Source: Eledone cirrhosa
Lineage: Eukaryota
Length of the DNA: 64,000 nucleotides
Assembly (NCBI GenBank): GCA_964016885.1
Contig: OZ024741.1
Span: forward strand, 96,658,001-96,722,000
Direction of reading: 5' to 3'
Below, piece by piece: positions 13,303-25,348 of this stretch; position 1 is the stretch's first letter, and each line of letters begins with the position of its first letter. The notes under the pieces were generated by a model. The model worked only from the letters and a program-made list of their open reading frames with translations, did no database searches and was not told the origin of the DNA. The translations under genes and the position numbers were made by a program.

Positions 13303-14876
13303 TAAAGATAACAAATTTCCCTTCTATATTTCAGAGTACAGTTAACAGTTCTTGGTAAACAGCGTTAATAAGTAAAATGAGAGCTGCTCCTCTTTCGAAT
13401 CAAACCGGAGAGGTCGAAGAAAAAATAGAAGAGTAAAAAGATATCATATATTGGGGAGCAATATTTCATTTCTCAATTGAACATTTTACTTTACATGTGG
13501 ATTCTAAATGGTACATTTTGATGTTGAATTGCAATACATAGATATATGAATGAACCCATCATAGCTGAATATTTAAACATTTCCTTATATCCTACGCAGC
13601 ATCTTGCGCAAGTGTCATTTACCATTACTTCGGGTCGACGCAAGCTTTGTGAGTGAAATTAAGTGGACAGAAACTATTTAGAAGTACATAAGGTGGACTG
13701 TACCTATTATATAAAGGGTTGACACACACTGTGTCACATTCAATATCACAGAGAATGACATTAGGGATACAATGTGTCTCTGGAATGCTCAGCCATTAAA
13801 ACGTTAATTTCATGTGCAGGCCAAACAACTGGAACATTGACCTTTGAAACCATCGGAGTAGCTTCAATGGATCAATCGAGATATATAAAGAAATGTTTTC
13901 CGAATACACAAGATCATCACCCTCATTATTTACGTAATACATTCCCTGTTACATCCACTCACTTTTAAACAGTCCAGGTGGTTGAATCACTATTACGAAT
14001 ATATAATAAGCAGCATGGACTATACCCAACCTTCAACTTTGAGGTCGCTGTTAAGAAGGTAAGAAGGGTGTAGAAATAATTGTTGAGAGAGAGGTGGAAT
14101 TCCGAGGGAACTGACACTGAGAAATTTATACATAATTGTGACAAATTAATCTGACAAACATGAATTTAGCTGTTTCTGACCCAGCATCCGAGTACAAAGT
14201 AGAACACCTGCCATCACCAAGATGGCAAAAATACCTCCATACAAAGATGGATTGGGTTGACCAGAACAATATGGATCCCCGAAAACCATGATCAAATAAG
14301 AAAGATCATCGCACCTGCGATGGGAGCAAGTACTGAAGCTACTCTAAAGTGTTACATGTTTAAAGTCAATCATTAAACATATTCCCAAAAAGAGGATCGG
14401 CCATCAGCTCCAGGATATCTGGTGACGAGGCCAACCTATTTAGAATTTTATAACATTTTCTGAAAACCTCATTGCGGTTATATACATTTCTATGGCATTA
14501 TGTGATTCAATCAGACAGCAATTATGTAATTCTTCTTACAGTCATATGTTCCGGGGGAGTATTCTTGATGTTGTCACCTGAAGCCCGGCAAACATATCAG
14601 TCTTGGTAAATTGCTCTCTATCTAGCACCACATGGAGCGTGTCCACATTAATCATTGTTTGAATCTAGTTCACCCGTAATTTCTCAACACTGACCTTCCC
14701 TTCATGATTAGAGGGTTATTCTCCCCATTAAGAGAATTTCAAGGACATTATTAAAAGCCTCTTAGATGGTATGTGGTATGAAATAGAAAGATGAAGAGTG
14801 ACATAAGGAAGGAACGGAAAAATATGAGAAAATAACATACGCGCGTATTCAGTCAGCCGTTCTAGAGCACACACAC

Positions 14877-15309
<433 letters not shown>

Positions 15310-15373
15310 GTATATATATATATATCAATCTTTCGCTTTCTCTCTATGCATATATGCATACGCACATAGATAA

Positions 15374-15413
<40 letters not shown>

Positions 15414-17149
15414 ATATATATATATAATACAGAAGTATATAATATTTTCTCATATGAATAGTATCGTGATGAGGATGATAAAAACATAAAATGAAGTAAG
15501 TTTTGTTTTCCTTTTCAAATGTCACCTCGTAATAACATATCTGGTACCACAATTCTAATCACTTGTCTATCGCGAATAACGAAGCAACCGGATGTTACCT
15601 GGAACAGGGCTAAAGAATGGCGATAATTGCAACACAGAGTGAAGGTGTTATTTCTGCAATCTACCTGATGGGTGATGAATCTGTTTCCCACGTAATTGTT
15701 GCGATGTTCATCAGTGTTCAATTGTGTGAAATGGCTGTTATATAATGACAAGAAATTATTGCTCAGGGCGATGTTACGTTAGAAATATTAAATATTATGT
15801 TTCGAAATTTTTTAAAAGCTTCCTTATATTGCAGTTCTCTCAGAATCAACTGTCATTCAATCGCGTAAATGAAAAAGAGCAAATCTTAAATGTAAAAAAT
15901 TAACATTTTGATGAACAACATACATAAATATTCTACATATAAACATATAACCAAGCAACAATATCATTATGTACTGAGACGGTAACATTGATAAAGAGAA
16001 ATCTAGTTTGCTTATCAATGAAAATTAAATATTCCTTAGGTAGCCGATTGAGATTCTGCAACACACATATTTCTCTAATCTTAATACTCATATATATAAA
16101 TGCCTCACATGGTTCTCAAAGGTTTTCACCATGAGCTGACCTTCACATTTATATCTCTATCAATTAAACACAATTATAATAATTTGATGCTTGAGCTATG
16201 CATGTATATAACCTTCAAGTCTGTCATGACTACCCCGATTTATGTTCGAAACCGTTATCATTTTTTTTATTCTTCTCAGAAAAGCGTGTCTAAAACGACC
16301 GTATCCTTATGGAAAGGCCATTCTTCAAGTTTTATAGAAATTTTGTTTTAATTACAGCAACATCTATATATTTTTGGAAGTGAATCGCAGCATAAGGCAC
16401 TTCAGTTTCATTGAATGGTATCAGATATGTAAATTGGCATAGAAAATGGATCGTAAACTCAACTCAGCAGACATTTCTTATTATATGCCGCATGTCATTT
16501 TCTTAAATGTAACAAATACATCTCATTGAATATTTCTATTTTACTGCAGATTAGATAACAACTACTTAGTTGTTGTTTACTTATAATTTTGAGAAATTAA
16601 TACTAGACTCCATCATTACCTATTCATCTAAAAATTGGGCTTAACTAATCATTGCCCCATATGATTCCAGTATGTCTCTAAGTGTTACTTTAAATGTATT
16701 ATTACGAATGATAGTTATACGTGGTTGGGCTGTAAATGGTAGGACCTTTAGAGTGTCGGATAAATAGATTAGCTGTATTTGAATTGCCTCTTTATATTTG
16801 AGTTCAATTCCCGCCAAAGGCAATTTACCATTTCGTCCTTCCGGAATCGGTCCAATAAAATATCAGTGAAGTACAGGGGTCTATATAACGAGTCTCTCCA
16901 TACACCAAATACTTAAATGAAAAAACACTATTTGAAGGGCAGTGCTATGACAGAATGGTTAGCGGGGCAAACGAATGACGATCTGTGTTCAATTTTAGCC
17001 CAGTTCACGTTTACCTGTAATCCTCTTAGGTTCGATAGAACAAAGAAACAATCGGGCACTAAGGTTAATTTAATAAACATACATTTCCTCCCAAATTTCT
17101 GGAATTGTGTCTATGATGCTGGAGGTGGTGGTGGTGCTGCTGCTGATGC

Positions 17150-17390
17150 TCTCTTCTACTTATTCACCCACTTATTCCTGAGAGGGTCGTGGGTGCAGAG
17201 TCCTAAAACACTCCTTCCAGTGGACCCTCTCTAATGTAACTGTCTCTAACTGATCCGGTTGTATCCCAATTTCAACCATATTACTCGGGATGCCACCTGT
17301 CACTCCTACCGGTTGGTTTTGCCCGTAAAATCTGTCCAGCGATTCTTTCCCGAGACATTCTAACCACACGCCCATAGTATCGGAGTTGTA
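17150..17390 (-). mobile_element. RTE LINE 3'-end fragment
   Basis: Homologous to 6397-6640 (cccacttattcctgag...ggttggttttgcccgtaaaa...ttctaaccacacg). Confidence 0.75.
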
Positions 17391-18043
17391 TATAAAAAAA
17401 TGTTCATACTATATATACCTACATACATATATATATATATATGTACATATATATATTGTTATACTTGGGGAGGGTCATATTTGTGTAATATTGCTAGAAT
17501 TAATAACAGAACACACTCACTGTTTGGTTGGTTTTCGCTTCTGTGTCTTTTATATCGGTTAATTTAATTTATTCGGTCCTCAATGTTGCCATTGACTGAC
17601 CAACAGTAAAAAATACAGATACAATATAGACACAAACACATATATATAGTCTATCAAACTTCTTTCGTTGCACATCTGCAACATCGTCGGTGTTGCTATT
17701 ATGTTTCCTCCCGTTGCATTGTATGCTTACGCCATCTTTATTTAGTCTGTTTATTTATTTATTTGTTTTTTACTGTCTTCTCTCCGCATGCGTTTGCGTA
17801 TAGTGTTTTGTCTGATGTGTGTTCTTGTTTGGGTGACTGTGTATTGGTTAATGTATTCTATCTTAGTTTACTAGTGTGTGTTTATATGTGTTTATTGTTA
17901 TTGTGCTTGTGTATGCATTTATCTATTTATTTATTTATCTATCTATCTATTTATACTTCTCTTAGGTCAGTGATGTCAGCAAAACCTACCCTTTTAAGAA
18001 AACCCACTGTACTAATAGGAAATGTATCATATGTAGAGTAAAC

Positions 18044-18411
18044 CCCCGGATAAACTGTAACACTAGAAACGTAGTCTATAGCATAAGATTACAGAGGGTA
18101 CTTGCAGAAACATGACAACAACATACATAGTCGAGACAGCTCGTAGCATAGGTGAAAGGAGAGACCAACACTGGGGGGAACTAAAAGGACGAAAAAACGG
18201 TTCAGTACTATATGAACATGCCAGACAACAACACAACGGTAACATAGACAACATAGAAGTTAGAATATTATCTAAACATAGAAATGACCCAGCAAATAGG
18301 CAAATCAGAGAGGCCAGCGAAATAGAACTTAGAAGGCCAACGCTAAACAGAAAAAATGAATGGAATAACAACAACACCCAAACAAACAACACTGACCTAA
18401 GAGAAGTATAA
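18044..18411 (+). pseudogene. PLE GIY-YIG endonuclease domain (frameshifted)
   Basis: INCNTRNVVYSIR / frameshift / TCRNMTTTYIVETARSIGER..H..RQIREA..I..P.LNRKNEW. Confidence 0.85.
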
Positions 18412-18657
18412 ATAGATAGATAAATAAATAGATAAATACATAGACAAGCACAATAACAACAAACACATATAAACAGACACTAGTAAACTAAGATAGAATA
18501 CATTAACCAATACACAGTCACCCAAACAAGAACACACAACAAACAAAATACTATACGTAAACGCTTGCGCAGAGAAGACAAAAAAAAACAAATAAATAAA
18601 TAAACAGACTAAATAAAGATGGCGTAACAATACAATGCAACGGGAGGAAACATAATA

Positions 18658-18703
18658 GCAACACTGACGATGTTGCAGATGTGCAACGAAAGAAGTTTGA
18701 TAG
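18658..18703 (+). ncRNA. Minimal hammerhead ribozyme candidate in pLTR (mutated mirror copy 17651-17696 on -)
   Basis: CTGACGA-T-GTTGCA gatg TGCAAC-GAAA-GAAG-TT-TGA; stems I and III imperfect; same position as the HHR of the related 35-40 kb element. Confidence 0.65.
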
Positions 18704-18934
18704 ACTATATATATGTGTTTGTGTCTATATTGTATCTGTATTTTTGACAGTTGGTCAGTCAATGGCAACATTGAGGACCGAATAAATTAAACTAACCGAT
18801 ATAAAAGACACAGAAGCGAAAACCAACCAAAGTGTGTTCTGTTATTAATTCTGGCAATTTAGACAAATATGACCTCCCCAAGTATAACAATATTTGTTTC
18901 GATACACGATTTCATATCAAAAACCTCGCAAAGC

Positions 18935-18969
<35 letters not shown>

Positions 18970-19173
18970 GTTATTCTGGGTTGAATCGGAGGTAACCACA
19001 GTAAGTAAAGCAATCAATACATAGCAGAATATAAAAGTTTTAATATATATGTGATTCTACAGGACTAGAACTGTTTCATTCTTTAGAAATCATCAGGCAG
19101 GAATCAGATTCCTGATGATTTCTAGAGAATGAAACAGTTCTAGTCCTGTAGAATCTCATCTATATTAAAACTT
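18970..19173. mobile_element. Palindromic HHR mini-element (palindrome 19035-19173)
   Basis: Arms ...ctacaggactagaactgtttcattctttagaaatcatcagg / cctgatgatttctagagaatgaaacagttctagtcctgtag... Confidence 0.85.
19106..19156 (+). ncRNA. Type-I hammerhead ribozyme
   Basis: AGATTC-CTGATGA-T TTC taga GAA T-GAAA-CAG ttctagtc CTG-TA-GAATCT; 6-bp stem I, GUA site. Confidence 0.85.
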
Positions 19174-19182
19174 ATATATATA

Positions 19183-19320
19183 TAACGAAGGAAGTGTGGT
19201 AAGGAACCAGATGGACCATAATACACCAGAGTACTCAATACTTAGGTTAGTAGAGTGGGTAATAGGAACGTGTTCAAGACCCCGAGTCCAGAAATAGCCG
19301 TCGAAACGGCTTGAGCTCTG
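19183..19320. mobile_element. Family B internally deleted copy
   Basis: aacgaaggaagtgtggtaaggaaccag...gacccc joined to gagtccagaaatagccgtcgaaacggc. Confidence 0.85.
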
Positions 19321-19389
19321 TATATATATATATATATAGAATAAGAAAATGCGAAGTAGATTCAGATATTAAAGTCCTTTATTGATAAT

Positions 19390-19464
19390 GCTGTGATACA
19401 TATTTCAATGACGACAGTGGCCACATGATTCCGTGCACCCAGTGCCATGACATCATCAGACTTC
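19390..19464 (-). ncRNA. Hammerhead ribozyme candidate with long stem II, in a TA-adjacent element with inverted repeat 19446-19488/19575-19617
   Basis: Minus strand: GAAGT-CTGATGA-TGTCATGGCAC...TGTCGTCATT-GAAA-TATGTA-TC-ACAGC; stem I imperfect. Confidence 0.5.
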
Positions 19465-19774
19465 TTCTTACGTAATAAGGTTACGTTCGCGAGCCAATCC
19501 ACGGGAACGGACGAGGGGTATAAGAACACACGCCTTGTCCGTTCTCTTCACGTTTCACTTTACATTGCTTCGGGAATGTAACCTTATTATGTAAGAAGCA
19601 GTCTAATGATGTGATGATTGAATTGGGAACTTTCATCGTAAATTTGACTACGGGAATTTAAATTGTATATTTATATAATTTGTCGATCGACTTTCGTCAA
19701 ATGTGACCTAAGAAACAATGTTTCTGTTGGTCTTTCCAAATGCTAATACTACCTAGCGGTCACAACTCCAGGTA

Positions 19775-19895
19775 GACGGAGCAACGTGAAATCAAGTGTC
19801 ATGCTCAAGGACATAATTCATCACCCGGTCCAGGAATCGAACTGAGAACCTCACGATTGCGAATCCAGTTCTCCAACCAAACAGCCACTCGCCTC
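19775..19895 (-). mobile_element. Second tRNA-derived SINE family (5' part)
   Basis: Minus strand gaggcgagtggctgtttggtt...cagttcgattcc...tgtccttgagcatgacactt (A/B boxes and CORE-like motif). Confidence 0.7.
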
Positions 19896-20166
19896 ACTAA
19901 ATTGTACAACAGGACATAAATTTTCCCAAAGCAGAAAAATATGGACTTCGGCACGCGTGGGGTTCGAACCCATAGTTCTTCTTTACCGGACAATCTGCTA
20001 ACGATTACAGGAATCTTCCCACTACACACACCTATAAACATATATACATACATATATGCATATATATATATGGTTTTAATGTATTTCATATATATTTATC
20101 CTTATCGAGCTCTCTTCGGATTTTAGTCTTCACATTTATTATTATTATTATTATATATATATATAA

Positions 20167-20359
20167 GGACGGTGGATTGGCAGTATCGGTAGAGGATCGG
20201 TCGCCATGCTTTTCAGCACAGTTACGTCCCTTTACGATCTGATTTCAAATCCCGCCGAGGTTGACTTTGCCTTTCATCCTTACGGTGTCGATAAAATAAA
20301 GTACCAGTAATGCACTGGGTAATTGCTGGCTTTGTGCCTAAAGTAGAAACAATTATTAT
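20167..20359 (+). mobile_element. tRNA-derived SINE, full length
   Basis: Close match to 2056, 30224, 61558 copies. Confidence 0.9.
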
Positions 20360-20366
20360 CATATAT

Positions 20367-20397
<31 letters not shown>

Positions 20398-21230
20398 AAA
20401 TTATATATAACGATATATAACGATATATAAATATATGGTAGAGGGATGTGTATGTGCATATGTGTCTATGTTTGTAGACACAAACACACGCGTGCGCGCG
20501 CATACACACACACGTACACGCACATGTATATATATATTTAGATTAAAAGAAGACGAATACATTCAAAGAGTTATGACCCTCCACGTCCGTTGCTAAATCG
20601 TAAGTCAACTTGAATCTGGAAACAGGATCATGAAGATTGGATGAAAGTGGACAGCATTACTCAGTGTTCCTCTTTCCGGCTAAATCCCATTGGATTCCTG
20701 TAGATGATTGATGTTCCATTGAACACTTGTAATGATTCCGTAAACCTCAATATATTTAGTCTATATTTCGGAGTTCTCGACAATTTCTAAAAGAAATGCT
20801 GTATAGTCCAAACACATACAAAAACCAGGAAAATGAAAATAATGATAAATAGACAAAGTCAAGCATTATTGAATATGCATCAGATTAGATTTATTCTTTC
20901 AAACATATATTTTCATTTCCCTGTGTGTTTTTTCTATCGGATTCCTGTCTTTTGATTATCAGGAAAATAGAAAAAAGAGGAAAATATATAATGCTGGCCA
21001 TATTCTACTGGTGCTACAAAGAATAGTATTCAGGACCTATGCCATCAATCCGGTATACATTCTTTAGATCTACGGACATTGAAAAAAATATATTCATGCA
21101 AAAGAAAAGTAAAAATCGAATGGACCGAAATAAATTTAGTTTCTATATAAAAAAACATGCCATAGCAAAAAGGCTATAAAATATCGAACTTACCCAAACA
21201 TGTATATGTATATATATATATCTATTAAAT

Positions 21231-21329
<99 letters not shown>

Positions 21330-21395
21330 CACACAGAGACGTTACTTATATAGGATGGATAGATTGATAGGAGAGATGCCGTCCTTTCATTCCAC

Positions 21396-21469
<74 letters not shown>

Positions 21470-21900
21470 TAGAGAGAGAGAAATAGAGAGACAGAGAAAG
21501 TCTAGATAGACAGACAGGCAGACATATATACAGACAGATAGATATATTGAAACATAGATATAGATATAGATATATACTGAAGCAGGGTGATACATACATT
21601 GGGCAAGAATTGGCACATATAATGATGTGGGGTTAAAGACCTCTACGAACGAAGAGTTTTTTCAATGCCAGCGTCCATTACCAGCAGATATAAAGAGAAA
21701 GTATTGAATATCTCTCTGCAGGAGTAAAGAAGGAAATAAAATAACGATATAGTTTTTTTTCTTTATATTCCATTTTTTGCTTGCTCGTTTAATAACAGCC
21801 TCAGTTCCTTCCGCTTGAATTCTATTTTTTTTTTTTTTCGATTTGCCTTTGTCTTTTTCTCATACATAAGAAATGCATATATAAATGCATAATATATATC

Positions 21901-21987
<87 letters not shown>

Positions 21988-22018
21988 GTATAATATATAT
22001 ATTAATTTATTATACATT

Positions 22019-22068
<50 letters not shown>

Positions 22069-22153
22069 TATATTCATTTATATATATATATATATATATA
22101 TATTCATTTATATGTATATATATATATATATATACAAGTGTCTAATATATAAA

Positions 22154-22245
<92 letters not shown>

Positions 22246-23215
22246 TATATATATATATATATACATATATCCTAGATATATAGTGTTCGTCTTTATTGCG
22301 CAGAAAAGAGAATTAAGAGATTGTATCATCTCCTTACCTTCTTCAAGCACTTCACAGATGTTTTTGCATAAAAATGTTCATACTCAACATCATGTAATCT
22401 TCTTTCTATATATCAATGTAAGGATTTCTAACATTAAATAGACACATATAAACACTCTTAAACACGCATTTACACATGCATATATTTGTATACATAATTG
22501 TGTGGTCACGCTTTCCGACTCTGTAAGTATACATATATATCGTTATCGTACTTCTCTCCTGCTAGTGCACTTTTTAATATATAACTTAAGTAACTACAAA
22601 CACGAGAGCTAATTATATACAAATTAGTACGCCCACTTCAAAGTAATACAAAGATCGAATGGGTATATTAACCCATCAAATACGTGTTGGCTTGTGATTG
22701 CTTTGATGATATACACACCTTCTAATGAGAGCCCAAATAGGACCAAACATCGATTAAACGTGTTTATCATTTTTTTTTATTTTACAGGAAAATTGGTAAG
22801 TTCTGATATGTTTACATGCCTACATATTAAAAATACGTACTGTATCTGTAAGGTGGATAGTCGCCAGTGTCGTTAGAACGTTGTGTAGAATGATATATTT
22901 GCTTCAACTCTTTGCTCTCTGAGTTAAATCCCCGGCGAAGTAAAGTTTGCTTTTCATCCTTTCAAGGTCGAAAAAGAAGCGACCAGGATCGATGCTTTCT
23001 CTATTTCTCCGTCGTACCACTTCCATTCTTTTACTCTCTATCCTTCTCTGGAAAACATTTACTGTGTTCAGACAGGAAGACGGATGGGTTCTGCCAGGTT
23101 TTAAAATACCCACGAAACGCCGTATGTCAATTCAGTACACCAACCATTCCCTCGGACGTTACGGGAACATGCAAGCATAAACACAGTGGCACAGTCTCGA
23201 TTAACCAGACATTAC

Positions 23216-23256
<41 letters not shown>

Positions 23257-23257
23257 T

Positions 23258-23367
23258 AAATGGAATAGAATGAAACGAAATTTCATTTCTCACTCTTAGT
23301 ACGGCACTTACTTAAATGTAAGTATGTATGTATACGTATGTACATATATGTATACAGACGTACAGTA

Positions 23368-23406
<39 letters not shown>

Positions 23407-23770
23407 CAGGCACACATATATATATGCACGTATCAGTTTACCGAACATTTATTATAATGTTCGCTTTGTTCGTTTGTAAACAAACGAACAGCCTGATTTA
23501 CGCCGTACAGTGTTCAGGCAACCACGTCACCTTTTTGTTCAACACTGACACAGGAACGATGTACTAGTTTCAAGCTTGTTAGCTATCGTCAGCACCGTAT
23601 ACCTTTCTGCCAGATGGTTGAACGTTCGAAAGTATATACTTTCCTTATGAAAATTAACGGTTGAGCAGCCTAATTTGCATATCGAGTGAGTTCAGTCGGC
23701 CAGGCGCACCGAAAACGGTAAATGGAATAGAATGAAACGAAATTTCATTTCTCACTCTTAGTACGGCACT

Positions 23771-23816
<46 letters not shown>

Positions 23817-23863
23817 GCTACTGTACGTCTGTATACATATATGTATGTACGTATACATACATA

Positions 23864-23867
<4 letters not shown>
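23258..23867 (-). mobile_element. Family A element with terminal redundancy
   Basis: 23258-23311 repeated directly at 23720-23773 (period ~462 bp); 23813-23867 inverted fragment; TA flanks. Confidence 0.85.
23557..23597 (-). ncRNA. Minimal type-I hammerhead ribozyme
   Basis: CGGTG-CTGACGA-T AGCT aaca AGCT T-GAAA-CTAG-TA-CATCG (a G-U wobble keeps stem I paired). Confidence 0.85.
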
Positions 23868-23943
<76 letters not shown>

Positions 23944-24145
23944 GTATAGGCTTATCCTTGAAGCATACACAAAAAAACTTAACTTAAAGCAATTAAACAA
24001 CTCTACAAAACAAAATATTTTAGTAACAGATGGGCAGAACGTAATATCTGCCTCCCAACCACTAAATGGGAGACGGGTATTACACAATCCACCTGTACTG
24101 CTATCACAACCTATCCATGGTATACCCGCTACCCACAACAAAGAA

Positions 24146-24571
24146 TGTAACTGCCATCTACCTGAAAGATGTCCATTGAAGAATGAATGCCTAAAGTCCA
24201 ACATTGTTTACCAATGCACGGTTGAATCGAACGACCAGAAATGGTATTATATCGGATCTACCACCACCTCGTTTAAATCTCGCTGGTACCGTCATCGATT
24301 CTCAATCAAACATCCTAATCACCGTTTTGTGACCACGCTCGCCAACAAGACCTGGCAACTCCGTGAACGCAACCAACAGTTCACCTTAAAATGGGATATA
24401 CTTTCCAGCGAAAGTGCATATCGGAGTGGATTGAAGTACTGCAGGTTATATAACCTTGAACTCTTTTACATATTAAAATCCAAAAACAAACTACTTAACG
24501 ATAGAATTGAACGATCATTATACTGCAACCACAAACTAAAAGCTAAATTCTCTCACTATAAAATAACTTAA
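24146..24571 (+). pseudogene. PLE GIY-YIG endonuclease with upstream CxC-x5-CPL Cys motif
   Basis: [24 protein letters not shown]...[21 protein letters not shown]...LKWDIL...CRL; homologous to 31330-31750. Confidence 0.88.
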
Positions 24572-25046
24572 CATTCGAACCCGTAACTATGACATCGCTT
24601 TCTAGCTAACCACCTTCTCTTCCTCCACACTACAAGACAATACACTGCTTATCACTATAAATGGTAACTCAGTGCAATTCGCAGATTACTACTATGAACC
24701 CAAAGTTCACTCACCACATAGACTTCGTCTGTCCCCTCTCTACCTCTCTCTCTACATCCATTACACTCTCTCTCGCTTTTGGCCTACCTCCCTCTCCACA
24801 TCTATGAACCTGCCCTCTGAGGCAATAAATAATTCCGACCTTAACTATCAACGCATCTCTCCAAAAGTAACCAGTATAATAAAAACATTTTGATTAAGAT
24901 ATCTACAAACCACTCTCTCCTATTTCTCCAACCCCTGCATATCTTTCTCTCTCTCTCCCTCTCCCCTACTTTTCTCTCTTCCTTTTCTACTCTATCTTCT
25001 CCAACAACCCCACTTAAGGGTATTTACATCGTACATTTTACCATTC

Positions 25047-25158
25047 TGCTCTGAGGATACAGTGGTCACAGCATTGGATATTTGAGTTCTGCAAATAGTT
25101 GTAAATTTGCACATAGCATAACTAGGCTGTAGTACCACTGTGGAAACATTTGTAAGCA
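25047..25158 (+). ncRNA. Type-I hammerhead ribozyme with large stem II loop
   Basis: TGCT-CTGAGGA-TACAGTGGT...(~67 nt)...ACCACTGTG-GAAA-CATTTG-TA-AGCA. Confidence 0.8.
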
Positions 25159-25210
25159 CACGGAATAAATTACCTTTTTATGATGTCTACCTGTTTTTAT
25201 TCATTCTTTG

Positions 25211-25241
<31 letters not shown>

Positions 25242-25299
25242 ATAATAATATTGAAACGAATTCATCCGAATGAACAGAAGTATATCCGACCGTTTTCTA

Positions 25300-25348
<49 letters not shown>

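Larger units (their letters stand above)
17456..18938 (+). mobile_element. 5'-truncated Penelope-like element with inverted pseudo-LTR
   Basis: 17456-17972 is the inverted copy of ~18389-18891; interior encodes GIY-YIG; tail encodes NNICFDTRFHIKNLAK, similar to the ORF start of the 35-40 kb element; TA flanks. Confidence 0.9.
23941..25210 (+). mobile_element. 5'-truncated Penelope-like element (GIY-YIG, CT-rich 3' region, HHR)
   Basis: GIY-YIG ORF, CT-rich UTR, HHR then AATAAA; (TA)n on both sides. Confidence 0.88.

Noticed and set aside
23674-23681. Octamer ATTTGCAT in family A as an snRNA-type promoter element
   Set aside because: Single 8-mer in AT-rich DNA, seen in one copy only; cannot be supported
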